This document shows, one piece after another, positions 13,678 through 26,540 of a DNA stretch of 64,000 bases; the stretch's first letter is position 1; each line of letters begins with the position of its first letter. Origin of the DNA: Eledone cirrhosa (lineage: Eukaryota); NCBI GenBank assembly GCA_964016885.1, contig OZ024741.1, forward strand, positions 361,956,001 to 362,020,000. The letters run 5' to 3'. A program made the translations under genes and the position numbers. Below the pieces are notes generated by a model, which saw nothing but the letters and a program-made list of their open reading frames with translations, was not told where the DNA came from and did no database searches.

Positions 13678-14110
13678 AATGAGTCACCGGCCTTTTCTTT
13701 AAAAGTAAGCCTCTTGAATTATATATACTGACTCACTATTAGTTTCAGCCTTTTGTTTACTAAAGATCAAAGCATTTCCTATTGAAATCTATTATTAAAG
13801 TGAGAATACATTAGATTACCATAAGAAAATTCTTCCTTTAAAATATGGTCACACAATTTATATTTAGTGTATAAAAAAAAAAAAAGAAATAGTGTCAACG
13901 CCTTCCTATTCTGTTTCACGATGTCTTTAATCTTCATCTCATGTTAAACTGACCTAACTAAACTAAAATAAACTAAACTTCACTCAGTTGATCAACATAT
14001 TGCTGTTCTCTGATCGCAGGTTATGTTTGTATATTTTATTCTTGTATATTTAATTAATGTTAATTGTGGTTTGCATTCGTGTGTATATATTATGTTAATT
14101 TTATATTATA

Positions 14111-14300
14111 AGGGCGGTGGATTGGCAGTATCGGTAGAGAGTCGGACGCCATGCTTTCCAGCATAGTTACGTCCCTTTACGGTCTGAGTTCAAATCCTGT
14201 CGAGGTTCACTTTGCCTTTCATCCTTACGGGGTCGATAAAATAAAGTACCAGTAATGTACTGGGATAATTGCTGGCCTTGTGCCAAAAGTAGAAACAATT
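14111..14300 (+). mobile_element. Meta/MESC-core SINE with ~20-bp TSD
   Basis: tRNA-like head TGGCAGTATCGGTAGAG...GAGTTCAAATCC and core CCTTTCATCCTTACGGGGTCGATAAAATAAAGTACCAG; ATTATGTTAATTTTATATTA on both sides. Confidence 0.85.
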
Positions 14301-14317
14301 ATGTTAATTTTATATTA

Positions 14318-14508
14318 ATAATTGTTTCTACTTTTGGCAGAAGGCTAGCAATTATCTTATCCCAGTGTATTACTGGTACTTTATTTTATCGACCCCGTAA
14401 GGATGAAAGGCAAAGTTAACCTCGGCGGGATTTGAACTCAGACCATAAAGGGGCGTAACTCTTTTCTGCAAAGCATGGTGTCCGACCCTCTACCGATACT
14501 GCCAATTC
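14318..14508 (-). mobile_element. Meta/MESC-core SINE, tail-to-tail with the previous copy
   Basis: Reverse complement of the same family. Confidence 0.85.
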
Positions 14509-15317
14509 AATAATGATACTGAGATTTATACCTTTTGCATCGACTTTTGGTTATAATATTCTCTGATATCATATTCATATTTTTCATCATGGATTCATTT
14601 CGCTCATGTCACTTATTTCTTAATAAATTTGAGTATTTTCTTTATTCTTATTATGATTTATAGGATATGGAATAGGAACTAGACTTCTTGTATTGTTCGT
14701 CATGTTATTTCACTCTTTTTTCTTTAATAGCTTATTTAATCTTAATTGTTTTGCATTTGAGTGTGTATATTATATTTATTTGAAACCTGGGCCTTCTGAT
14801 GCATGATGTCACGACATCTTGAGGGAATTGCTTGGTGATTTAAGGTCAAGGGTATATGGGATAGGGTGGAGCAAGGCCTATTACATAATGGGGCTGTAGT
14901 CGTTGCAGGTAATAATAGATATTTGATGTCTATTCATATACAGAAACTGTGTAATTTGATGGCTGTAGATTGAAAAGGTCTGCCCCCATCCCCACACACA
15001 CTCATATTCAGGGGTTGGGATATATGGATTATGTCTGAGGTAAGGATTTTTTTTTGGGGGGGGGGGGGATGTCTTAGATCTAATTAGACATTTAGTTCAT
15101 GATTGGCTCAGTTTTTACGAATGTAATTTTTACGAGTTTGGAATCTGATGGTCTTGTTTTGTTTATTGTTGGCTTTGTTTTCTGAGTACATTGTTTTTGT
15201 TCTATATATGTATATAATGTAAATATGTGTAGTGTAAGTGTATGTATATTTAGGGTAGTTATTTATTGAAGGTGAATAGAGTGGCTGGAGCAATAAAGGC
15301 CTTGTTTACATATATAT

Positions 15318-15530
15318 GACCCAACTTCATCCAAAAGATTACTACACTTGCTCTAACCCCACTAAAATGATTACTACTGTTGACCCAACTCCATTCACAT
15401 AATCACTACTGTTGACCTATCCCCACCTAATAATTACTGCTGTTAAATCAACTTCACTCAACTAATCAACACAGTTGATCTACTCCTATTCAGTTGATCG
15501 ACACAGTTGATCCAACTTCACCCAACTTTC
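15318..15530. repeat. Degenerate ~32-bp tandem repeat
   Basis: Units such as TTGACCCAACTCCATTCACATAATCACTACTG and TTGATCTACTCCTATTCAGTTGATCGACACAG. Confidence 0.7.
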
Positions 15531-16014
15531 ATGAAAGAAAAGCACTGCTAAAGTGACAGAAGATATTGCTGTGTCATTTCATGAAGTGACAGAATATAAC
15601 ATTGTGACATTCTATGAAAGAACAGTGCCAAAAGCAAACAACTAATATTTCATCCATTTTTGTGATATAAAAGTGATTCTAAGCACAGACACAGCTGTAC
15701 TCACATAAGGAAATGTTTGGATTTCCTCAAACGCATTCTTTATTTTCTGTCTGTGCAACACGCCTTTGCAGCACACTAGGTGCAACAAATGAACATCTTT
15801 TGCTTTGTTTTGTTTTTGTTTTCTATCAAACTAATTTTCATTAACATTTATCTGCTATGTAGATAAGGCAATGGCTGAGGGGTTGGGAAATTCACTTTAT
15901 AGTCATGTATGTATATTTAGTTTGTTGACAAGCTGCAGTATATTTTGATGTTTTTACACCACACACACATAAATATATAGAGAGAGATTGGGAGGTACCA
16001 GTTTAGATTAGTTA
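15471..16014. repeat. Probable donor copy of the inverted duplication at 217-760
   Basis: Reverse-complement identity; continuous with the 32-bp array on its left. Confidence 0.95.
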
Positions 16015-16074
16015 TCCATTCACCATTGAAACAGCTAGAGCTCACTCTTTACAATATATATATATAGACAAAAA

Positions 16075-16470
16075 AAGAAGTGTAAGTCAACAGGTTAAAA
16101 TTAACTTCATTTATTCAGTTGCTTGTTATATATATTTCGGTGATAATCATTATGCAACAGCTATGACCTGATCAGACAGCTAGAATTTGAACAGAAAAAC
16201 AGAAAAACTTAATGGAATAAAGCTTACTTCTATTATTTCAATTCTTTGATATGCTCCAGGCTGAGTTTTGGTATTGCTTTCTCAAGGCACTGGTAGCATA
16301 TGTTATCACCAAAATATATGAATAAATGAAGTTAATTTTAACCTGTTGACATACATTTCTTGTTTATAAATATACTCCGGAGTAAATAGACCCACCTGCA
16401 CATTTCATTGAGTGCTCTATCCTGCATACTGAAGTGTCTGTGATTAACCAACACATACTCAAATTAATAT
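16075..16470. mobile_element. Inverted pLTR-like element with decayed hammerhead (16121-16180, minus)
   Basis: Arms 16075-16117 and 16319-16361. Minus strand reads GCTGT|CTGATCA|GGT...ACC|GAAA|TATATA|TA|ACAAGC. TA runs at both ends. Confidence 0.65.
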
Positions 16471-17116
16471 ATATAGTAAATGAATGAAGAATAATGTGGA
16501 TTGGCTGTACAATAGTGTTTATTCAAAGTACTGTTTTATTAGTCCGGTGTGTCTAAAAATGACTATTCGTAAGATGCTACGTCACTCAATTTTAATTACA
16601 GTTGATACCCGACCAAATCATCATAATACTGATGTATGTACATGATACAGTGCGCTATCATTTATAGATACATGGAAAAATAACAAGAATAAAAGCAATA
16701 ATAATGATAATAATAATAAGAGGGAGGTGCAGTGATGAGGGGGGTACTGGGGTATAGGCGTAAAATATAGTAATAATAATAATAAGATGGAAAAAAAAAA
16801 GAAAAGTGGTACGAAAAGATAAGATAAGGAAGATAATATAAGAAAAAGTTAAGGAAATTTGACAGTGTAATAAAATGGGATGAGATGAGATGAAAGGATA
16901 ATGGCGACAGTCAAATATGCATGTTCCCTCTTACTCCCTACCACCACTATAACATGTCACTTGTTCTCCTATAGTGCTGGTGTTACGACAAAAACACTCA
17001 GTCCACCCTGAATAGTGATGTGGTTGTTATTAGGGAGGACATCAAGCTAAAGAAAACCAAGCCAAGACCAGAATGTATGAGCAAGATGTAATCACCTCAT
17101 AATGTGACAGCCTAAC

Positions 17117-17322
17117 TTAACTCTTTAGCATTGAAACCGGCCGTATTCGCCCAGAAATGTCTCCCCTCTTCCTGTTCAAATCGGCTGTAACTGGCTACTC
17201 ATACTGATGTTAAGGTATTGTTCTCATAGATTCGATATTATATGAGATAATTATGTGAGGTAAAGTGTTTACTACCAAAATACAATAGTATATATAGAGT
17301 AATGTGAATGCTAAAGGGTTAA
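17117..17322 (-). mobile_element. piggyBac-type MITE
   Basis: TTAA-CTCTTTAGCATT ... AATGCTAAAGGG-TTAA. Confidence 0.85.
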
Positions 17323-17523
17323 GCAAGTATGGAAAATAGATGTTAAATGGTGGTGATGGTGGTGGTGGTGGTAATGGTGATGCTGATGATGATGACGGCG
17401 ACGACAATGACGACAACAACAAGATACAAGCTTGGCCTTAATAAAAAGTATATTAATCTCTACTATGGTATTGAATACTTATTCTCAAGGCCATCATTAC
17501 TAAGTGTGTGTATATATATATAT

Positions 17524-17969
17524 ACTAGACCTGAAAAATGCACAAGCTCAAAAGAGCCACAGAATGTTATAATAAACCTTCAAAAGTGTGGGACTAGAGT
17601 TGTTGCTAAAAAATATTGTAATCATTATCTTTCGTACACTCTGTGGCATCCTTTTATAAAAAAGAGACTCATAATGAACTCAAGACGACACGATAATTAT
17701 TTAAGCTAATGTTCAATATCTCATATTAGATGTTTAGTAACGATTAATACGAAATGCACTTAAACCGAATTCTATATTATAAATTCACTTAAATAATTAT
17801 CATGTCGTCTTGAGTTTGTTATGAGTCTCTTTTTTATAAAAGGATGCCACAGAGTGTACGATAGATAATGATTACAATATATTTTAGCAACAACTCCAGT
17901 CCCACACTTTTGAAGGTTTATTATAACATTCTGTGGCTCTTTTCAGCTTGTGCATTTTTCAGGTCTAGT
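17524..17969. repeat. Long fold-back inverted repeat (~180-bp arms) after (TA)n
   Basis: 17524-17705 pairs with 17788-17969. The spacer holds a degenerate hammerhead-like string, GTTTA-GTAACGA-TTAATAC-GAAA-TGCA-CT-TAAAC. Confidence 0.9.
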
Positions 17970-18756
17970 TTAATATTTTTTTAAGGCAATGCTTGTAATA
18001 ACTCTAGTTAAACATGATATATATTAATAATAAATTATCGTTGTAATGTAATTAGATTATATAATTGTTATTTTATAAATGATCTTATAAATATTATTGT
18101 AAGATGTATAAAAATATTTTCAGATGTATAAAAATATTTTTAAACAATCAATATTAAATAAATATATTTTACATAATAATTGTTATAGTTGAATTAATAA
18201 AAATTAAATATTACATACAAATAGTCTAACAATAATAAAAAAATAATCTAACATAATAATAATAAAATAATCTAACATAAAACGAACAATAATATGGACA
18301 AATATACAAGTAAATATGATACAACCAATATTATAAGCATGTTATAACGAACTGAAAAAAAAAAATAGTTAATATAAATTTAAAAAATCATATATAAATT
18401 AACAATATAACTTACCAAAACGAGAAAAATATTTTGATGATAAACGAGGAAATACAGGAGGAAGATTCGAAAGCAAAATGATAAATAAACATACAAACAA
18501 AATGGCGGATGCTTTTGAGCAACAATTACTCTCGTTAGTTGATTAGCCAATAAGACGATGAAATTAGCCAATAAGACGATACATTACAAAACATGTTTGG
18601 CAGCGATCACCACGGCCAGCGACACCCCTTGAATTTTTTATTCACAAGTTACGCATATATGTCAGACACACAGACTTAAAACATTCTATTGTTAGTCACT
18701 GCATGTCTAACAGATATATATATATATATGTGTATTTTTGCATCCCTGTGTTTGTT

Positions 18757-18757
<1 letters not shown>

Positions 18758-18789
<32 letters not shown>

Positions 18790-19165
18790 GTTAACGTCCA
18801 TCTTCCACGCTTGCATGAGTTTGGACGGGAGTTTTCCCACTTGAGGCAAGAGTGATTGTCTTGCTCGCATAGGACTGTCTGGCGGATTTTCTATGGCTGG
18901 GTGGCCTTCCTAACACCAACCATGTTTACAGTGTAGACTGGGAGGTTTTTACCGTGTTACCTACACGGCCACATTACAGCGTGGACTGTGTGTTTTTTTG
19001 TCGTGACACCTACACGACCTCATTTGTTTCGGACTGGATGTTGTGGTACCAACATAACTTTACATTGAAAAGGGTGGTGTGGATGGGGTGGGGGTAGTGG
19101 GACGGGGTGTATTTTTGTTAGAGGTGCCTACTGACTGTAGTAGGTTTCACTTTGTACTTAGGTAA
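18758..19165 (-). mobile_element. RTE 3'UTR fragment
   Basis: Reverse complement of the 3'UTR at 13295-13677 with a (CAT)n tail. Confidence 0.9.
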
Positions 19166-19232
19166 GATTTATCAACTCTCTATATATGTATATGTGGGTG
19201 TGTGTCTATGTGTGTGTGTATGCGTATATGTA

Positions 19233-19267
<35 letters not shown>

Positions 19268-19879
19268 ATGTCGTGTAACTTACAGATTTGACAAAGAGAG
19301 ATCGATAAAATATATACCAGGCTTGGAAACATAGGCAGTGGAGTCGATATCGACTAAATCCCTATAAGGTTCTGTCCCAGCCTGGCTGCAATATAATGAT
19401 TGAAGCCAATAAAAGAATAAAGAATACATATAAGTCAATAAAAATCAATGAACAGTAGTAGCGAAGAACTCATTAAAATAATAAAATATTAGTATCAGAA
19501 AGGAAAATATAGAAAGAAGATTTTTCTATGAGCAACTAAAAAGAACAGGCAAAAAGAAAAAAAAGAAATAGACAGAATATAGTACGTGTGATGATATGAT
19601 AATCATGCTAGAAAAAACTCAACATATATATATATATATATTAAAAATCTTCCAAAGAAGTCAACATCTATGATTGCATGGGTTTTATAACTTTGAGGCT
19701 ATAGGATACACAGACGCACACATACAGACACACTATGTGTATATCTGTGTGTGTATTATAGTCCCAAAGATCCCTGTCAACAAGTGCTGTCCAATGTGGA
19801 GGTCTTTCTGTTACAGGAACAGAACTATTCATGAGGGTGTGATCATTTCATCAAGTAAGGCTTTTTTGATTAGAGGACT

Positions 19880-20130
19880 TTTTAGATTTCCAATGATTTT
19901 GAAGAGATGACTTATTAGGTGCAGTTTCCTGACAGAGTACAAAATGAAGCAAGATTTCTTTAGGACACTTGTCCTTAGATAAAACTGCATAGTTGCTCCA
20001 GCAAGTTATGACTAAAGTATTTGCGCTAGGTTATCCTTTGTAATGGCCATCCCACTGAAGCTGCCATTATGTGTAGTTTCCATGCTAGAAACATTCATCA
20101 ACATCCTTGTTTATTTCTGTCACATGTTGC
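19880..20130 (-). mobile_element. Heavily decayed RTE C-terminal fragment
   Basis: Minus strand QLQWDGH resembles the RTE QLRWAGH motif. Confidence 0.4.
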
Positions 20131-20442
20131 TTATTGCTGTAGGACTTGTGATACATGGGAGAAATATATATATGTATACATTCACATATACATATATATA
20201 TTTATGTACATACATACATATATATATATATCATCATCATCATCGTTTAATGTCCATGTATATGTATATGTTTATATATAATGTATATATCATCATCATC
20301 ATCATCGTTTAATGTCTCCTTTCCACACTAGCATTTACTATGTGGACTGGGTGCTTTTTGTCATGACTCCTACACAACCTTTTTACAGTGTGGCTGGGTG
20401 CTTTTTGTCATGACTCCTCCACAACCACTTTACATATATATA

Positions 20443-21147
20443 TAGCTTCTATGGAGCGCTTGCCACACATCTCGGAAGTTGTTTTTCGCTAATTTCCAAT
20501 AGCCGAAATACGATTCTCGCTAATTTATATTTGTATTAATCTCCAGAGTGTAGCTATTGACCAGTTAATTTTCTTGATTTTTTTAGTTAATTCTATTGAC
20601 TGATCAATAGCTCTTGTTAATTTTAAAACCATTCTGTTGAGAGCTTAATTCGTTTTGTAATATTTTGCAATTTTGCAATAACACACATACTGAATTCATC
20701 CGCCAAAACTAAGAGTTGCCCCCCCCCCCCCTGTTAAGCTCCACGTGGGTTTTGATAACGATCAGTCCTTGGCTTGGCACTGAACTAAAAGCCTGTTGAA
20801 AAAGTGACTTCCTTGTTCGATCATCATACCAAAAGCTTAACATTATTTGTCTAAGCAGACAGTACTTGATTTAGGAGTTGTAGAAACCCAATGCTGGATA
20901 TTACCAACCTTCCAGGGGTCCGAGTATAATTTTCAATCATGTTTTATTTGTTTGACCCAAATTACTTGGTCGTTTCTATGGCTGTGCAAATAATGGTTTA
21001 ACCATCGTCTCAGTGTGTTTGGCCTTTTAACTTATGTTGTTGCTCTAGTTCACTAGCTTCTATGGAGCGCTTGCCACACATCTCGGAAGTTGTTTTTCAC
21101 TAATTTCCAATAGCCGAAATACGATTCTCGCTAATTTATATTTGTAT
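20443..21147 (+). mobile_element. Non-coding element in (TA)n with 94-bp terminal direct repeats (period 611)
   Basis: 20443-20536 equals 21054-21147 with one mismatch; TA runs outside both ends; no TG..CA termini or PBS. Confidence 0.75.
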
Positions 21148-21157
21148 ATATATATAT

Positions 21158-22578
21158 ATCAGGGCTCTGTTCTCAGCCCCCTACTATTTATTATTGCCCT
21201 TCAGGCTATAACAGAGGAGTTCAAGACAGGCTGCCCATGGGAACTCCTATACGCAGACGACCTGACACTCATAGCGGAATCAATGGCCGAGCTAGAGAAG
21301 AAATTCCAAACATGGAAGCACGGCCTAGAGTCAAAAGGACTTAAAATTAACCTGGCTAAGACCAAAGTTCTAGTTTGTAGGAAAGAAAACAAGGCGGCGG
21401 TCCCTTCTGGGAAATGGTCGTGCTCGGTGTGTAGGAAAGGCGTAGGTAGAAACTCCATTTTATGTCCTAAATGCAAAGTATGGGTGCATAAAAGATGTAG
21501 TGGGATCACAGGTAAGCTAACTAAGAACATAGATTTTACATGTGGCCGGTGTTCTGGTGCAATAAGTAGCAGCAAGTGCCCACAAAATACTAGCTCTTTC
21601 AATTGCGCAGAGGGTTCTATAGAAATAGTGGACAGCTTCCGTTACCTGGGCGATAAAATCAGCAGTGGGGGAGGGTGCTCTGAAAGTACTGTAGCTAGAG
21701 TCAGAACTGGTTGGAAAAAGTTCAGAGAGCTTATACCACTATTAGCTGCTAAAGGGTTCTCCCTAAAAATGAAAGGCAGGTTGTACGATGCCTGCATACG
21801 AACAGCAATGTTGCATGGTAGTGAGACCTGGGCATTGTGTGCAGAGGATATACGCAGACTAGAGAGGAACGAAGCTTGCATGCTCCGCTGGATGTGTAAC
21901 AGTAACATACGTGAACGGCAAAGCATAAACGAACTAAAGAAAAAATTAGAGATAAGAGGGATCAGATGTTGTTTACTCGAGAGAAGGCTGCGTTGGTATG
22001 GACACGTGATGCGCATGAAAGTCGATAGCTGTATAACAAAGTGCAGGGCAATAAAGATAGACGGTAGCCACGGAATAGGCAGACCTAGAAAAACATGGGA
22101 TGAGCTGATAAACTCCGACCTCACACACTTACACCTCTCCAAGACAATGTCACTGGACCGAGACCTTTGGCGGTACTCAGTAACAGAGAAGACCCGCCTT
22201 GCCAGTAGGCATCTCTAACAAAATACACCCCGTCCCGCCACCACCCCCACCCCATCCACACCACCCCGTTCTATGTAAAGTTATGTTGGTGCCGCGCCAT
22301 CCAGGCCGAAACAAATGAGATCGTGTAGGTGTCACGACAAAAAAACACACAGTCCACGCTGTAATGTGGCCGTGTAGGCAACACGGTAAAAACCTCCCAG
22401 ACCCACACTGTAAATGTGGTTGGTGTTAGGAAGGGCATCCAACTGTAGAAAACCTGCCAGACAGTCCTATGCGAGCAAGACAATCACTCTTGCCTCAAGT
22501 GGGACTACCCCCGTCCAAACCCATGCAAGCGTGGAACACGGACGTTAAACGTTGATGATGATGATGATGATGATGATG
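21158..22578 (+). mobile_element. Young 5'-truncated RTE LINE
   Basis: Open frame to 22218 (QGSVLSP, YADD, PHD-like Cys cluster, RRLRWYGHV); (GAT)n tail; nearly identical to 60913-62335. Confidence 0.97.
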
Positions 22579-22789
22579 TATGGTTATATTGGAGTTTACC
22601 AATATAGATCCTGGTAAAGATGATAGAAGCTCTATGTTAATCAGTTTCCTTGATCCACTAGTAATCCAACAAGGCTGAGAAAGTTCTCAGCTGTTGTAGA
22701 TTGTACTATAGATTGTTAGGTCATGGGCCGCAGAGTTCAAAACTTTAATAAATGGAGAGAGAATAACCAAATTATACTTAAAACATTAT

Positions 22790-23006
22790 TTTAGGATTTA
22801 AACTGGCCATATCCGGCCAGAATTCTCTCACCTGTTTCTGTTCAAACTGGCCATAACTGGCCATACTGGTGTTAAGGTATTGTTCTCAAAATAAATAATA
22901 TCAAAATATCATAGGTTCGATATTATGTGAGATAATTATGTGTAATAAAGCCTTTCTCATGAAAATACAGTAATATATGTAGAGTAATGTAAATATTAAA
23001 GGGTTC
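22790..23006 (-). mobile_element. piggyBac-type MITE
   Basis: Same family; ends AAATATTAAAGGGTT. Confidence 0.75.
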
Positions 23007-23080
23007 ATCCTACATATGTTTCAATACACATATACATATTATATATCATATATACAAGTTCTTACATAGAGTTGTTCTCT

Positions 23081-23494
23081 TTAACCCTTTAGCATTTAAA
23101 TTACTCTATATATACTATTGTATTTTCACATTAAAGGCTTTATCTTACATAATTATCTCACTGTCATATCGAATCTATGAGATTTTGATGTTATTTATTT
23201 TGATAACAATACCTTAATGTAGGTATGAGTAGCCAGTTACAGCCAGTTTGAACAGAAAGGGGTGTGAGAGTTCTGGCTGGATATGTTATGGTATTGTTCT
23301 GAAAATAAATAACATCAAAATCTTGTAGATTTGATATTATTTGATATTATTGTAAGATAATATTGTGAGATAATATTGTGAGATATTATTGTGAGATATT
23401 ATTTGATATTATTGTGAGATAATTATATAAGTTAAAGCTTTTACCACAAAAATACAATAGTAAATATAGAATAATGTAAATGCTAAAGGGTTAA
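23081..23494. mobile_element. Fused inverted dimer of the piggyBac-type MITE
   Basis: TTAA-CCCTTTAGCATTT ... AAATGCTAAAGGG-TTAA, with the same MITE end at both termini and an internal (TATTGTGAGATA)-like expansion. Confidence 0.75.
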
Positions 23495-23814
23495 TGATAG
23501 GGGTCTATCCATGTAATGCCCATAAACTTATTGATCTTATCTCACTAGTCTCTTACTCTTTTTTTATTACAGAAACTTGTGCCTCTCGGTTTCTATTCTG
23601 TACAGAACTTTGTCCATCTGTTCATGCCACATTCTCTATCTACTTCCATTTTCTCTTCTCGTTTTAAGATGTCTTGTACTTTTGTTTGTTCTCTTATTCA
23701 CTGACAGGTTTTTTCTGGCATTTTTAAGGATTCCTAACATATATGTTTTCCATATTTCTATCTGCTGTTCTAGGCTTCTTTTACATGTTTTAGTCATCAA
23801 CTGTGTCCTACTCC

Positions 23815-24023
23815 TTAACCCCTTTAACATTTACATTACTCTATATTTACTATTGTATTTTCGTGGTAAAGGCTTTATCTCACATAATACCGAATCTATG
23901 ATATTTTGATATTATTTATTTTGAGAACATACCACAGTATGAGTGGTCAGCTGAGACCAGTTTGAAGAGAAAGAGGTGAGAGAATTCTGGCCGGATAGGG
24001 CTGGTTTAAATGCTAAAGGGTTA
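23815..24023 (+). mobile_element. piggyBac-type MITE
   Basis: TTAACCCCTTTAACATTT ... AAATGCTAAAGGGTTA. Confidence 0.8.
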
Positions 24024-24029
24024 CTCCAT

Positions 24030-24395
24030 TGCTGCTATGATATACAGGTCAAACACTCTGCTCTTCAGGCATAGTGAAATCTAACATTTCACAAGTCAGT
24101 TAATTTACCAAAAACCTAACATCCAGTTTGGGTTGTTTTTTTGTTTACTTCCTCTATTTGGCAGTATTCCAAATTTACCTGCTGCTTTGGTGACTTTACT
24201 TGTTGCATGGCTATTGAACATGACTTGTGTTTTCATAATATTTATTTTTAATCCTGCCTGGCTGCTTTCACTGTTTGGTTCATTTAACATCTGTTCTACT
24301 TCTGGAGTATTATTTAAGAAGTGGGTTATGTTGATCCCGAATTGTAACTGGCTTAAACATTCACCATTCATGTTTATTCCTTCTTCACGCCAGCT
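24030..24395 (-). mobile_element. Decayed RTE (BovB-like) RT fragment
   Basis: NGECLSQLQF...EQMLNEPNSESSQAGLKINIMKTQVM resembles RT domains 5-6. Confidence 0.75.
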
Positions 24396-24520
24396 AAACT
24401 ATCAAAATATCAAGAGGGGTACACATATGTATGTATATTGTATATATATATATAGTGTAGGTAGTACAGTGAATTATTGGTGTTGGTACCAAATCAAGTA
24501 CTCTATGCACAGGCAGAGTG

Positions 24521-24887
24521 TATATAATAGAAAAAAAAACGAGTCAGTTTTGTTTACATATAAAAAATATTTATTGTGTATTGACTCAAGGTAACCCATA
24601 GGAGTTAAGGACCTGACTCCAGAGTTAATCTGCTCCTCAGACTGATGATGTGACAAACAATATATTTTTGAAAAAAAAAATTTTTTTTTTGTCACATCAC
24701 CAGTCTGATGAGTAGATTGACCCTGGAATCAGGTCCTTAACTCTTATGGGTTACCTTGAACCAATCCTCTGCGAAACGCCCGTAACAGATACACAATAAC
24801 TATTTTTTATATGTAAACTTAATTTCCTCATTTTTTTTCTATTATATATATATATATATATAATATATATATATAATAGAAAAAAAT
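24521..24887. mobile_element. Fold-back pLTR-like element with hammerhead (24700-24789, plus)
   Basis: Arms about 24521-24656 and 24687-24850. CTGATGA|GTAGATTG...CAATCCTCTGC|GAAA|CGCCCG|TA|ACAGA. A second palindrome TTTTTTCTATTATA..TATAATAGAAAAAA surrounds the terminal TA run. Confidence 0.8.
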
Positions 24888-24889
24888 CG

Positions 24890-25350
24890 GCAAATATAGG
24901 CGGCAGGCATCGGGTTAGCAGCCCGGCACTGCTGTAAAAATTCTAACCGCTAAAGAAACAGCAAGAAAAGCACCAAAAAACAAAAATGAACGGCGTAAAG
25001 ATGAAGGCGTGGGAAACACTCCACTCTTGACGGACCTCAACCAAAGCCGAAAGGACATTGGGGTTCCGATGAGCCGGATTCTGAGCACCAAAACAAAGAT
25101 AGGAATTGGAACTTGGAACGTGCGTACACTATACCAGGCAGGAAAGCTGGCTCAGCTACTTCGCGAGTTCGACCACTACCAGCTGGACATTCTGGGACTG
25201 AATGAAATGCGCTGGACCGGCAGCGGAAAGATGAGTGGCAGTGGAGACACAACTCTGCTCTACTCTGGACAACAAGACAAGCACGTTCATGGCGAGCAAC
25301 TTGAGCATTGATTGGATGGGAGCCAGTCAGCGAGCGCATCATAACGTCCT
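24890..25350 (+). mobile_element. RTE LINE 5' fragment (5'UTR + APE N-terminus)
   Basis: IGTWNVRTLYQAGKLAQLLREFDHYQLDILGLNEMRWTGSG. Confidence 0.9.
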
Positions 25351-25694
25351 GTTTTCAAAGTGGGCATGGGAAAATCACTGTTGTCCATTGATATATCCTG
25401 TTCAATGTGTTAACCCCACCCCCTCCATTGTCCTGTTAGCCCCACCCACAGGCTCCAGGTTAAAATGGCTCAAACTACAAAGTGATGGTATGTGCGCATA
25501 TATACATACATACATACATACACATACACACACATACGCACACACACACACATACATACATACATACATATATACACACACATAACATATATATATATAT
25601 ACACACACATAGGTTGCGATTTCAAACAAGGAAAAGCGAATGTATGTTGATGATGATGACACACACACGTATATACATATACACGCATTAATAC

Positions 25695-25964
25695 AGAAGA
25701 CCCGAATTCCCACGGGTACAAGCTGAAGCTGAAGCATATAGAAAATATGGCCCCCATCCCCTCCTACAGTAAAGTGGATGTGTAGGCGCCACGGAGAAGA
25801 GGCGCCCAGCACTCACTGTGAATGAGGTTGGTGTTGGGAAGGGCGTGGAGATCAAGCCGGAATTGATTCCCGTATGAGTGGGACAGGGTCGGCCGACTGG
25901 ACGCTGCCCACAATAGGACAACCCGTCTGTCCCATGCTGGCGTGGGAGAATGGACATAGAACAG

Positions 25965-26004
<40 letters not shown>

Positions 26005-26310
26005 ATATATATATATACATATACGCATAAATGAGATAATGAGATCGAGATCGTGTAGGTGTCACGACAAAAAAAACACAGTCCACACTGTAATGTGGCC
26101 ATGTAGGTAACACTGTCAAAAGCTGCCAGTCCACACTGTAAATGTGGTTGGTGTTAGGAAGGGCATCCAGCCATAGAAAACCTGCCAGATAGTCCTGTAC
26201 GAGCGAGACACGGTCACCCGACCAATCTTGCCTCAAGTGAGACAACTCCCGTCTAACCCATGCTAGCGTGGAAGATGGATGTTAAACGAAGATGATAATG
26301 ATGATGATGA
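25695..26310 (+). mobile_element. Two RTE 3'UTR-like fragments with (GAT)n tails
   Basis: GGTTGGTGTT(A/G)GGAAGGGC...CCCATGCT(A/G)GCGTGG blocks shared with the RTE 3'UTR. Confidence 0.75.
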
Positions 26311-26314
26311 TATA

Positions 26315-26367
<53 letters not shown>

Positions 26368-26540
26368 GTAATGGCCCTGAAACATGTTGATTGTTCCTCA
26401 ATGCCAGTGTTGAACAAACAGATGACAATTTGTCATCGGCACAGCTTAGGTTTAATCGGGCCATTTGTTTACAAATGAATTGAATATTATTATTAATATA
26501 CGATATAACCCATACGTACATATGTATATATATATATATA

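Noticed and set aside
14111-14210. tRNA gene
   Set aside because: The A/B boxes belong to a multi-copy SINE head; no complete cloverleaf.
15318-15530. CRISPR-like periodicity
   Set aside because: Contiguous degenerate tandem units with no spacers, in eukaryotic context with no cas genes.
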